From Camelus ferus (Eukaryota), in assembly GCF_009834535.1 (NCBI RefSeq), contig NC_045697.1, positions 88,724,001 through 88,788,000 of the forward strand: DNA of 64,000 nt. The letters run 5' to 3'. The position numbers were made by a program, and so were the translations under genes. The notes beneath the pieces were generated by a model. It was not told the DNA's origin and ran no database searches. It saw only the letters and a list, made by a program, of their open reading frames with translations. How positions within the stretch are numbered: position 1 is the first letter of the stretch; the number at the start of each line of letters is the position of its first letter. Shown in pieces: positions 42,791 to 56,329 of the stretch.

Positions 42791-44241
42791 ACATTGGAAT
42801 TTAAACATTGGAATTCTGTAACCTGAAGACTTTTATTGTGCTGTTCATCTGGCCTCTCTTTATGAGATATCATCTCCCCTATGAATTCATCACATACAGA
42901 AGGATTTCATGGAGAGAAACTAATTGCTTAGGGTCTTCTAATTTATGTTTATCAGACAAACACATGGTGTACATTCTAATACTGTCAAGCATTTTTTTTC
43001 ATGAATCTGAATATCATTTTATACACTACGGCACCTTTGGTTTTAAGAGGCTTGCTGTTTCAACTCTCCATGGATACATAAATACTTAACTATGTTTATG
43101 GTTCCACCTGCATTTTGCAAATGCTCTCTGCATATCTGGTTGACCTGAGTCGGGGTCAGCTAGTGGGTGAAAGATAGAAATATCAACCTGATCATGGACA
43201 GTCGCTGTCTGGATAATTATTAATGATAATCTCTGTGGACTTAAATATGCCACCCTGATGGAGTCATTGCCAAATGAATGTTACTCTGAACCACATTAAT
43301 GAAGAGCTATAAGATGGCTACTCGTGGACACCAAGGAACTTCTGCTTCCCAACCTAGTTAAATACTGCAAGAAGAGAATATTTCAGAGAGAAGGGTCTGT
43401 AAGAAGCATGTGTGCCATTTGTTTATTGCTGGGGCAGGAGATCCAGCCTTAGTTATGAGCAAAGCAATTTGGAGAAAAGAAGGCAGCTGTATTACCAGGC
43501 TGTGCATGGAGTTCTGTCTTGTATGTCCCCTGTGAAAATATTCTCTTGACCACCAGATCTTTTGCACACACTGCTTGTAGACATGTTCCAGAAAATAGTT
43601 CATAACATGTATTTCAAACAAAAAAAAGAAATGATCTGTGTCACTAATTTCATCCATGCTTGGCATAGGTTTTCCAGGTGACCTGTGGTGCATGTCATCT
43701 TGATGACTTCAGTCCAGTGCTCTCTGCACTTAACTGTCCCAGCCCTACAGCTTATGGCCACAGTGCAAGCCAGCCACTGCCCACTCCCCTACCCACCATT
43801 CCATCCAGTACAAATTCTTTTTCACTACGAAAGTTATTTAAAAGAACGGCCAAAGTTGGGAAGGGGGCATAATGAACTCATCAACAAATAAACAGCAAGA
43901 GGCTATAATTAAGGCTTCGTTCGGATCCTAAACTCTGTGTTTTCATCTTGAAATCTGTATCAGTTCTGCCCTCCATTTTCTAGTCTAAAATAATACTATT
44001 CACAAATATTAATGTATTGGGAAATCCAAAGTGCTCTTCAAACCCAAGGCATTATGTCCTTCTAGTGCTGGTACTTAAAAACTACAATAGAGCTTTTGTT
44101 CCTCATATGTTTTGTTTTGTTTTTTTTTTCCTCATATGTTTTAATTAGAAAACAAAAATGTCTCATTATGTAAGGGCATCAAGAAGAACGTTAATGAACT
44201 TAAGCAATGAAATACAGCTTTATAATTTTTGTTCTATGGAG

Positions 44242-44928
44242 TGTGGCCGGCAGACACATCCACACCCCCCAGTTTTCATGCTTTGTCTGGTCCCCTCCCC
44301 TCCAGTGGAGGTGGGACTTAATGAAGTGAACGAACAGAATATGCTTCTAATGAACAGAATATGGCAACGGTGACATGATGTATTGGATTATGTGTATATC
44401 TTACAAAAGACTGTAATGTATCTTGCTAAGAGAGTCTCTCTTTTCTCGTGCTGGACGCAAACTGCGGTATTGTGGGCTGCCATGTGCAGAATATGAACAG
44501 AATATGGCAACAGTGACATGATGTATCGGATTATGTGTATATCTTACAAAAGACTGTAATGTATCTTGCTAAGAGAGTCTCTCTTTCTCTTGCTGGACGC
44601 AAACTGCAGTATTGTGAGCTGCCACGTGCAGAAAAGCACGTGGCCAGGAGCAGATGGTGGCCTCTAGTTCAGAGCAGGCAGGAAATGCAGGTCCTCAGTC
44701 TGGCAAACTGCAAGGGACTGAATTCTGCCAATAACACCGTGAGTTAGGAAGCTGATTCCTCCCCAGCTGAGCCTCAGATGAGACCACCAGTTGGCCAGCA
44801 CCTTGATTGCTGCTTTGAGAGACTCTGAAACAGAGGACTCAGCTAAACTGTGAGGAAATAAATGTGTGCTTTTTAAAAGCCACTAAGTCTCTCGTATTAT
44901 TGTTAAGCAGCAAGAGATAACTAATACA
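44242..44928 (+). mobile_element. MaLR LTR (MLT1-like) with an internal ~143-bp tandem duplication
   Basis: tgtgg start; gaattctgccaataac…ccagctgagcctcagatgagacc…aataaatgtgtgc…aagccactaagt…ataactaataca end. Confidence 0.85.
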
Positions 44929-47165
44929 CTGAATTTTATCACATTCTTTTAAATTTAAAGGCTGAAGATAACTCCTGTGATTGATTTTATTTATTTACTG
45001 TAAATGAGCTCTCCTGTTGAATTTTGCTCCATGAATAGGAAGAATGGCTAACATTTTTTGAGCCCTTCCTTGCACCAAGCATTTTACAAACATTATCTCA
45101 TTGACTCTCTTTTCCAGCATGGAAGATACAGCTCTCCATCATCATTTGTTAAATCAATCAATTGATCGATCAATCTAAAAGTCATAATGTACCTCTAGGA
45201 CAGATAGAAGGCAAAGCGCTTAATTCTAAGAGTATCTCGAAGACTGTAAGGATTATAACTCACCGAGCACAAAACTGCTATAATGCAGAATGCTGGAAAC
45301 AAGCAAAATTATCACAAACTTTGGCAAAATTATTAAAGGAATAAACAGTTGGCTGTGATTCAGTAGGGCATTTACATCATCTTATTCAACCTTCTTAATA
45401 TCATCAACTTAATGTCTTGAGTTGTGTAATTATATGATAAACATAACCATCAAAAGGGATAAAAACAGACAGATTTACCATGTGCAGGCAGTCATCTACA
45501 AAGAGGCAATAATCATAACGCATCCTCCAACGCAAAGCTGAAACGCAAGTTATCAAAGCAAAGATGCTTATCTCAGATCATAGTGATTCTTAAATAAAAT
45601 CCTTTAAAAAAGAAAAACAAGTCACAGACCCACTGGGGATCAGAGAGAGTTTGGACTATTGCCTTAACATGATTGATGTAAACTTCTACCAATCTCCTGA
45701 AAAAAGCACCTAAATATTTTTATAAAATATTGTTTAAATTTGTTATAGATTCTCCCAAAAAACTAGCAATGGGACTACGGAGTAGTATTTTGACTGCAAT
45801 ACAGTAATATTCAGTGACATATTTGGTTTTACTGAAAGTATTAACATGATATTAGAATTTTTTCAAATGTATTTTTTTTTAATTTGGAGCCAATAAAACT
45901 TAGATTTTCTGAAATATTTGTGTTACTATGACTACTTAACTAGGCTCTGTTTCAACTTTATACAGTTGATTATTTTCTTTGAACTAAATTTTTTAATATG
46001 TTATTCTGTCTGAATCTACTCCATTGAGTTTATTCAAATTCACTTCAAAATATGCTATTAGTATTTTCTTTCATACAATCATATTATAATATTTGACTTT
46101 ACCCATAAATATGTCAATATATTGATTTTTTTATTATTTTTATTTTTTACTTCAAGGTTTTTTGGAATTTAACATAATTGTTGAAATTCTATGTATATAA
46201 CTATGCAAAGCTGTTTTTAAATAAATAAAATGGTTTGCCATCCATGAAAACTGAAATCATATTTTCAACTTTTTCCCAGTGTAGCTATGATTAATAGTAT
46301 TTAACTTTTATCTAGAACTTTTTCTAATTAAATTGAGATATGTCTGCTACTCTGGCAGGTGATAATCGACTTACGGTACCCATATGAGCTGATTTCTCTC
46401 ACTTCACAGATGGAGAAGTCAATCGTTGAACACTGAAATAACTCACTTGACCCTGTGGAGAGGAGGAAGCAGAGTCAGTAGGATCAGATCCGATGAGTGT
46501 CAGATTCTAAAGCTGATCTTCCTTTAAGAGCAAAAATTAAGAGTCAACCACAATAATATCCTATCTGTGATTGCCTGTGTTATTTTGGCTTAACAATGTT
46601 TTGTAAATATTAAACCGTCACTTTTGTTTGTTTCTTCAGACATCTCTCCTTGGAATAACCAAACAAAGGATCTGAACTGTAAAGTAGTTCATTTCTCTAT
46701 GCTTTGCTTGTTTATTTTGTGTTTACTGTTTTCCTGAAACTTGTTATGAGTTCATGAGAAGGGTGGAAAAGAAGGCGTTATTATGTTCTGCTGCTCTGAA
46801 ATTACTAGCCACAACCAAAATCACAGCTTAGTTTCTCTCAAAACACATGTTTGCCATTTTTAATCACAGACTCAGTGATTAAGAAAAGAATGAAATAGAG
46901 ACATGACTAAGGAGCAATTCAAATAAACAAAGAATTAAGATGTTGTGATATGTTTATAAAGTCTAGAGACATCTGAAATATTCCAACTAAATAGTACAGA
47001 TAATGCACTCTTTCTTTTAATAAGGGCTTTGAGTACCATAAAATATCAAAATTGTTAAGCACTTCTGAGATCCTCTGTTATTTTTCCTTTGTCTTCTAGT
47101 ATATGCCAAGTTTTGAGTTTTTTCTTTACTACAATTATATTGTGTTCACAACTTCTGACTCATTT

Positions 47166-47813
47166 TGTTAGAGCAGGCAGAGAGCTAGATATGAGCAGAG
47201 AAAGGGGGACACAGACCAAATGGCAGGAGTTGGGCAGAAAGGAGAGGCACAGGCCAAATGCAGGAAAACTTACTTCATGTAAGCACCAGGGGGTCCCTGG
47301 GCAGAGAAAGAAAAGCAGGAATCTTTGGGCTAATAAGGGGCCACACCTTTTGACCTGGAGACCAACAAAGAAAGGTGAGAAAAGGCAGGAACTTCCAGTG
47401 TCCAAATGTAACCTTTTGCTCATTATGCTCTCATTTCAATAAAATTAGCCTTGCAGATCAGAAGTATCCATCATGCACTGACGCCATGACACTTTCAATC
47501 CAGACTAAATAAGGACAAAAATCCCTCCTCCCTTTGGGAAGGTGGAGTTGGGATGATAATCAGGAAATATGACCCCAAGGCCTTCCCTCCTCAATGAATA
47601 TTCCGCCCATTCATTTTTACACCCTATGCAACTAACTCCCCAAAGAAACACAGGGCAGCTGCTCACCTGAGCCTGCCCGCTCTCCCCTTGAGAGTGTATT
47701 AACCATCCTTTAATAAATCCTCACTTTCCTTTTTTTAACCTCTACGTCTTTTCTCTGAATTCTTTCTGGGATGAGACAAGAACCTGGACCATCAGTTGGA
47801 TCCACCAGCAACA
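47166..47813 (+). mobile_element. Intact solo LTR, ERV1 class (648 bp)
   Basis: TGTT…AACA inverted termini, 4-bp TSD attt (47162-47165, 47814-47817), aataaa at ~47712. Confidence 0.85.
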
Positions 47814-48514
47814 ATTTTATCTTTTAATCTTCTTTGTTAAAGAAAATCTGTATTGTGTTCAAACAGTATCATATTAACCAACTTTCCATGAATTATGCTT
47901 GCCATATATGACTATTCACTTAGACCACTCTCTATTCAAAACTAAGACATGCAGTAGAACATAAACATTCTGATACCAACCATAGAAATTCTCCTTTACT
48001 TGAAAGAGAAATGAAAATGGAATAGTTTTTATAACCTGCGAATTCTGTCAATCAACATCCAGTTGCAGGAACTATTAGATGGTCCTGAAGTATCAAGAAG
48101 AACATTTAGGGAATTGGGTGCTTTCAGAATGATTGGGGAATGGTGATAAAAAGAGAAATGCCCCACATGGGCACTGTGACTTCTTCACCAACCTACAAAG
48201 GAACTGTGGTCCAGGGGTTAGGAATTTGTAGCAGCTGCAAATGATACAACTGTTGCTTCTCTACTTGCGTGGATGGGACACTGGTCCACCAGTGTGGATG
48301 CAGTCCATGGCCGTGCTGGTTGGCAGAGAAAGCACTAAAGTCAAATGAAGACGGCCTCTGCCTAACAAATTCCAAGGGCATGCATTTAAATAGAGGACCA
48401 TTGCATGAAGAACCATGGACGAGAGGGTGTCAGAAAAAAGCCTCTAGAAATGAACAGGCTGGAAGATTTTAATGGAAGGTGAATGTCAAGCAACAAAACT
48501 CATTATAGTGCTTT

Positions 48515-48705
48515 GATTTTTTAAAATGTTTGTTTGGTTAGTTTCATTTTTTTTGTTTGTTTTTTGAGGGGGACAGGTAACTTGATTTTTTTTTTTAGAT
48601 TTATGTATTTATATTAATTTGTTTTTTAACAGCAGTACCGGGGATTGAATCTAGGACCTCGTTCACAGTTAAGCATGCATTCTACCACTGAGCTGTACTC
48701 TCCCC
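48515..48705 (-). mobile_element. tRNA-derived SINE (Vic-1-like), more diverged
   Basis: gtaccggggattgaatctaggacc…aagcatgcattctaccactgagctgtactctcccc with a long T-rich tail. Confidence 0.85.
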
Positions 48706-51175
48706 TCATTTTGAAATTTTTTTTTTTAATTTCTCATTTTTTTTTACTATTTCTATATCCTCTTCTGAGCCCCCTGGAATCATCTGTGAGCACCACACTT
48801 TACTGCATTTTAGAAAACAATGTTTTAGACTGCAGTATTCTAACCATTTATTATTGCTTTTTAAAATTATATATATTTTTTAATTGTAGGCTCCTGATGT
48901 GGGATGAAATTGGGCAGACATTTGTTGAATACAATCTGAACCTCAGTCATCATGCTAGAGTCAGAGAAAGGAAAATTCTTTATCGTCCCTGCCCTAGTAG
49001 CATTATTTCAACCAATACAACCTAATTAGGATAAAGAAGTAGAAGGAAGAGCAGAAAGAGGCAATGGGCATTAAAGTTTTATGAATGCCTATTTAGTCTC
49101 CAGATAAAGGAAAGAACTGCAAATTTAAAAGAAAGGTAGGTGTTTATAAAGGAAAACAAAGGGATTTAACAACAATAGCAGCAACAACCAAAAATACACA
49201 TGTATGTATCTGAGACCCCAACTGATTCAACTGACAGCAAACATGAATATTTTTTTAAAAGGAAACAAATAGCTAATATATGAAATATAAAACAGAAATA
49301 CATGTTAAAAGAGGACACATTTGTAATCCCCCTTAAATAGACACGATTTAAGACATGCTGCATTCAAATGCATTTGTTTCTTTGTTTTGTTGGGAGGAAA
49401 ACTCTGATCTATTTTGGTTTCAATTGTAAACTGGTACATCATTTCTGGAAAGTAACTTGGCAATCATAAGCAATAAGGGTCATTAAAAATGTAAATTCTT
49501 TTAAAAACATCTGCAATTTGACTAAACATGGCAGAAGCTGTGTCTGTCTTATGCACCATTGTCTCTCTTCTGCAGCTTTTAAAGTACCTGACACATAGTT
49601 ACCTTACAATAAGTGTTGTTGGAGGAGTGAGTGATGGTTATCAAAGAATGAATTTTAATAGCAAGATAACCTAGAAAAATCATGAAGGTCATCATTAAAG
49701 GAATGATTAATAACTTTTGGCCTATTCATGTGACAAAATATTATTCAGCCAATAGAACAATATTTATATAAGATCATTGTAATGGCGATGGAATAGCTCA
49801 TTAGGCAATAAAACAAAATAAAGGTGTGTTACAGTAGTTTACATTTCAGCATTTCAAAGAAAATTAAAATAGAAAATAAGATACAATGTTAGCTGTGGGT
49901 CAAGATTATTTGTTTTCTTAGCATCAACTCTTCTGGTAGGACTCTCCACCCGTCTGTTGATGATAGAAGTTACAGTTCAAATTGTTCTGTATTTTCAAAC
50001 GTTTTCATATGTTAAAATTCTAGTAAACCTAGACTGAATATCACACTATTTTACTTAACACTTTTCTGACATGACAAATATATACACTTTATATATATTA
50101 GAGGAATGTATATACTTAATTCTCTACATTCTAACATAAAATTTAATGTCAGATTCACTTTAATGTTTACGAAGTCACTATTACCCTAATTAATATTTTT
50201 AGTTTGAGATAAATTGGATACCTATACCCAATAAAGATTAAACTGTGATCAACTCTTGACATATTATATATTTCAACAAAAGAGTAGATTGTCACAAACA
50301 GTTGTTGGACTGAACAGTTTCTCCAAATTATGGTAGGTAATTACTAGTTTGTGGCAAATGCCACAATATTCAGAAACCTACTCTCACATTTAGTATAAGC
50401 AATTTCCATTCCAGTGGGTTTGCTCACATACTCACATGTACTATATTATGAAGGATTTTAAACCTAACCCTTCATTTTGTTTCTCCCCTAAGTGTGATGT
50501 TAAAAAATATGACTTTAGTTTCCATCATGTAGTTTCAGATTTATTTACATACATGGGTGGTTCCATAATCTTTGAAAATTGAACACTGGCCAGAAAAAAA
50601 ATGGTAAACACATATATTATATAATTACATTTATATACATGTATAATATAACAAGGAGATATGAATAATGAAAGGCGAAAGCTAAGTATCAAATAATTAG
50701 GGCAAGAAAAATTTTATAAAGACTAGATAGAAAAAATGTCTAGAAAAAAATAGCTTTTGTCTCTACCCTATGTCGCCTTGAGACAATTATTGCCTGCTTC
50801 TCCACCAAAATTGGCAGCAACAGCCAAGACATCGGTGTTCTCATGAAGTAAATGCATTCTCACCAACTGCCCTTAGGCATTGAATATCCCATCTTACTCT
50901 CTAAAAGTTTCCAAGACTGTGGATTACAATTTAGGGAGATTGTCACTTCTCAATCATACTATACCTCATAGTTTAAAATTTAAGATTACAGAAGGTCAAA
51001 AGGTAAAAGGAAAAAAAATTCAGTTGATGTAAAACAGACAGAAACTTTGAATTGTATTCAAAATACTGACTTTATGTATACATATATGTAAAAAAAAAAG
51101 ATTACAAATGAGAATGATTAACAGTGGTCATCTGATAGAGTTTTCAGTACAAAGCTTGTCTCCTATGCTCTAAAA

Positions 51176-51378
51176 CACTGGTCAGCAAATGACAGCAACT
51201 GGCCATATTGGGCCTGCTTCCTGTTTTTGTAAATAAAGTCTTATTGGAACACAGCCATCCCCAATAATTTCTGTATTATCTATAGCTAAATCACATTGCA
51301 GGGGCAAGTTGAAATGGATTTCAAAACCTAAAATATTTACTATCTGCCCTTTTATAGATGGATTTTGCCAACCCCTTC
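51176..51378 (+). mobile_element. MER58A-like hAT relic
   Basis: ggtcagcaaat…tgtttttgtaaataaagtcttattggaacacagcca…aaaatatttactatctgccc…tttgccaacccc. Confidence 0.8.
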
Positions 51379-53589
51379 TTTAAACTCAGACTGAGTCCTG
51401 GTCTTTGATCCCTCCTCAGCACAGAGAGATGGTTAATGGATAGAGAGATATTGTCAATACAAAACAAGAATTAAATTCATCTAAAAATGAAAGAAGTAGA
51501 AATATTTGGCCAATATGAAAAAAAATATGAGCTGATATAAAGAAAACAAAAGATTAAGCAGTGGTAGATTGGCTATACCTGAAGAGCGAATTAGTGAGCT
51601 GGAACATCAGATTTAGGAATTTTCCCAGAAGATAGTCAGAGAAGCTAAAGAGATCTGACTTATGGAAAAGTACCAAATAAGAGTTCCTGAAGGCAGAAAA
51701 ACATACAGAAAATACTTGAAGAAATAATAGAGGTAGACTTCCTATTTTGGTAATATGCCAGGCTATTATTTACTATTAAAAACCACTAAGATTACTAAAT
51801 TTTTAAAGATTTTCTTAAAAGATCAAAGAGCTGATGTGATCTGATTGTTAGGAATTACCATATCTGGTCTAGATGAGAACCCAGAGAGGTAAACTCAACA
51901 CTGAAGTAGCTTTTGCTCTGAGGATATTTGCCAAACTTCCTAAATAAGAACTTTGAGTTTTAGGTATGGTAAAGTGTGAGAGCTAAGAGAAAAAGCCTAG
52001 ACTTCTCTGAGGGTATGGAGTTTAATAGGAAACTTTTCATATTAATGCTGGAGCTCCCAAATCCTAAGTCCTCGGTTAAGATAACTAGTTATCCACATAC
52101 CTAGATATATCTAGTCACCCTACCTTTTCCCAAAATCAGAAAATGTAATTGCCTTGGCACTGATTAGACTGAGAAGTGGAGAAGGGGGAATCCATCCCTA
52201 ATAAGCTGAAGCCACAAGGTAGCTCTCAAAAATCACATTACTAAGGGGGTATAGGAAAGAAAAAAAACCCCTCAAATTGTAAATTCATCATATTTAATTA
52301 TTCTAAGGTTCAATCTTTTTTTTTTTTTTCCGTCCCATTTTAACATTTAGCAGTTAGGATAGTTAGGATGTGTGTTATATTTGCTAAAGGCCTGGCAGCA
52401 ACTGTGATTTAATTATCATTGTCTGTACATAAACATCAAACATGCAGTGTTCGTATGTTAGAAAAAGATCAAAGAGACAAAACGGAGCACTTTTTCAATA
52501 AATGCTGTACTACTTTGAACTGGATTTTCAGTGTGAAAAAGATCTAACAGTGCCTTGTTCAATTTATTTTGCTTATGCTTTCCTTTTTATATATATAGAA
52601 GAATGACTTAAAAACAATCTAAATGAGAGTTAAACCCTTTAAATAAAAATCTGAAGTGATGAAAAAGCATTTTTTATGGTTTACTTGGCAGCATCACTTA
52701 GTGATTCATAAAATACTGTTGCTCTTTTAGTGTTGGCATCTTAGCTTCAATGGAAACAGTAGTTGTTGCGGACTAGTAATAACCTACAAGTACCTACTGG
52801 AAGCGTAATCAGCCCCTCTTTTCAGGAATACACCAGTCTTAAGCCTCAAGGAATATTACAAATAACTTGCCAATTGAAATGACCAGTTCATATTCAAACA
52901 TATTCAATCACACAAGGAAACAATTTACTATGAGCCAATCTGAAAAAACTACAGTCTAGCATTTCAATTCCACAGCTAAAAGTTAACCAATACCTAACTC
53001 TCCCACTTCTGAAAATCTGCCATCTGTGAACTCCATGCTTCCCCCTACCTAGGATCAGTTCTCTTCTGGCTCAGAAACACTGTGTCCTACAAATATGGTT
53101 CTTTCTTTTTCAGCAATCAGCGATTCACTTCAGATATGGAATGGTAGCCTCTTCCATTCCCCACTACATATCCCCCAAATAGTCATTTCCATTTGCTCAT
53201 TGCAGACTAATCTGTGATATCAGGGAGTTGGAGGCAAACTGGACAAGTTAAGGAGTAATGGATACACCCCTTACAGTAAAAGGCAAAAGTCAGAAACAAC
53301 AATTTAGATGTACACATAACAACATGTATAAACCTTAAAAATAGTGCTTGGTGAAAAAAGATAAAAAACCAAAATGAGACACATAGACAGTATAACCCAA
53401 AACTGTTTATCTCAATTAAAAATACGGGACAACTAAATAATACATAGTTTGTAAAAACGTGGAACCAAAATGTACACATTTCACTCATTAGAATGTTTAT
53501 GGCTGGGGGTCCTGCAATGTGCATGAAGAATGGTAAGGACAGGAGAGAAGAGTAAGGTTGAATAACGTGAGGTGAGCAAAGTACAGAAC

Positions 53590-53830
53590 GAGTGAAGTGA
53601 GGGACATGGAGGGGAAGGATGGGAGAGGACGGGAGAGGAGGGAGTGGAGGGAAGGGAAGAGAAGGACAGGAATTGGCAGGGAGGGGAGAAGAGGAGAGGA
53701 GGATGAGGAAGAGAGGGGCAGGAAGAGGAAGAGAACAAGAGGGAGAGAAGGAAGAGGGAAGGAAGACGGGAGGAAGGGGAGAAGAGAGGAATGATGAAGA
53801 GGGTAGCAAAGGAGGAAGCAGGAAGGAGAA
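53590..53830 (+). repeat. Low-complexity GA-rich polypurine tract
   Basis: About 240 nt almost entirely G/A (ggagaggagggagtggagggaagggaaga…). Confidence 0.9.
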
Positions 53831-55304
53831 TCCTTTTCTGGGACGATGTTGCTAATGTTCTATGAATTGTAGAGTGTGATTAACCTAAGCTTCTTCACTT
53901 AGGATCTAAAACATGGGGGGAAAAGTTAGTTCAGACATTTAATGAAGTAAAGGTGGCAAACGCGTGCAGATAAGAGTAACATTGTTACAGAAGCTATTTG
54001 TTTTAATATATGCTCTAAAGTTCAAATGAGCTGTATTCTCTAGTTTCTTTCATACCTGATCATAAAAAAATACACTTTTCCCCTACAGTCTATTAAAATG
54101 GATGAATATCTTCTCTCCTAGAAGCATATAATTTCATGTTTATAGATAGCTTTCACTAAGTAATCCTATTCTTAAAATAATTAAGCTTTTGGTAGAAAAT
54201 CAAAAATAAACTTTGTTGTTTCACACATACAATATCTGTATACCTATTTTCTTTCATTTTCTTTTGTTGGGGACATCCTTCTTATCATGCATTATATTAC
54301 CACAATGTCTGAAATCCAAATGAGAAAAATTAAATATAATAAAAACTTCAGTCCTTGTCTCTTACTTAAATCATTCTCTATATCATACCTTAAACTATGT
54401 ATCTATGTGTACACAGATTGCAATTTTATGTGTAGGTTTTATCTATAAATAAATGTTACCTTAATGTAGTTATCATGGAAGGCTTCCGTTTATTTAAATA
54501 GCCATGCCTTTGTCTAAATCACTTTTGATAGTCTTCTTTCATAATTGTTCAAAAAGTTATTTTACATACTGAGTATATATACATTTTCTGTATTCTTTAA
54601 CCTTATCATATCTTGTTATTAAACTTCTCATTCCACAAAATGAATGATTTTCACCTATTTCCCCCAAATTAAACCCACTACAATGATGCAAATTTAATAC
54701 TATTGAGATTAAATATGAAGATTATCCCACAGGCTCTACAAACAAACAAGAAAACAAAAAACAGGTACTTGACCTCCTACACATATCTAAATGTTTTCTT
54801 TCTACTCTTCCCTACCTGAATAACTAAATTGTGGTGCATTAGTAAACAACAACAAACAAGCAGGAAAATTCTAATATTCGCTTAAAATCACACATTAGAG
54901 ACATGGTTTGTAAACATTTCTGGTTCTACCTTAGGGAATCTACAAATCTTTGTGGGCTGAATTACACCAAAATAATGATATTAAGACTGTAATTTATTGA
55001 CAGATATATGAGTTTTGAGAAAAGGCTTAAAAACGTCTCTCTTTGAAAAGAATAGCTTCTAATGCTTTCACAAGTTTTCAAGTCCTGAAAATACAAAAAT
55101 AGTGAAATTCAACTTTCTTGTCTGTTTCCAATTCACTCATTATATATACTGTAATGCATGGCTTTGTCCAGTAGAGGAAACTGCAGAAGTGAATGTTCTG
55201 ACTTAAACAAAGGAATTGGTGATTTTTAGTGTTCAGGTTTCAGTGTATCAGTTTTGGGTTACAGGCTGTCTGCGTCGGAGGGCTTGAATTTGCTGTCTAA
55301 CCTA

Positions 55305-55339
<35 letters not shown>

Positions 55340-56329
55340 AAGGCACTAGGAGATTCCTAAAGATCTTTTTTCTTTGCTACTATCCCTAGGCAAGAAGAGG
55401 AATTAGCCTTGTAACGAGATCCTGTAGTCTCTGCGTTTTATTTTAAGCAAGAAACCAGACGACGAAAGATGTAAGATTCACAGAGAACAGCAGAGGGCAG
55501 TATTTATCCATGGCTGAATCATCTCCGAGCTCAGAAAAGTTTTAAATTTGGAGGGGTCACTGTGGCTGAAATGTATGACATATGCCTTATATTTGCATTA
55601 CTTGGCTTAAATTCTTATTTTCTAAACACTTTCTCTTAAAGAAAGAATACTGACCTGATTCCTGGTCATTTTTTTTTCTTTGAAGTTATACATGATACCA
55701 CAAAAATTACCTACAGTAAATAACAGGGGAGTTGATCCGAGTGCCTTGCGTGGCACGTAGATATTTTTAAAATTTTAAATTTCATTCTGTTTATTTCTAT
55801 TTTTCTCATATCCATCATTTCCCCCAGGCGAAAACCAAAACAAATCAAAAGGAATGGAACTTCATCAGGATTCCTTTGGCTATAAAATGTCTAGGAGGAA
55901 ATACTCCAACAGAGATCTAAATTCCAAACTTCGCAATAGGAAAAGTTCTCCATCTTTCCAAAGGGCTCCCATTGTTATTGTTGAAACTCTAAGGTTTGGC
56001 TACTGGCACCTGGGATCCATTTGGGAAGGGAAACAAAACAGAGTTCCCCTGGCTTTTCCTATAGGAAATCCAAAGCTCGGTCAGTACCGAGGCCTTGGTG
56101 CCCCGAGTCACCTGGAAGTGGGGGAGGGGCAAATGGGTGCAGGTTTAGGGTTTAGCTCGCCCTACACCGCACTTAGCTCACTCTGTAGTTGGAGGAAGAA
56201 TGGGGAAATTTGATTTGGATTCTGTCGCGTAATGTTGTACCGCAGCTCCTTCCCCTCCGATCGAAAGAGAAGGGGCAGGAAACGGTTAAAGCAAATCTGC
56301 ACTGTGCATTCCCAGACAGGCTTTGCTTA

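Noticed and set aside
798..49363. The many 60-126 aa ORFs in the upstream region
   Set aside because: Random-length ORFs, mostly within decayed repeats, with no recognisable protein motifs or exon structure.
53207..53855. 200-aa Pro/Ser/Leu-rich ORF and its opposite-strand ORFs
   Set aside because: Translation artefact of the GA-rich tract.
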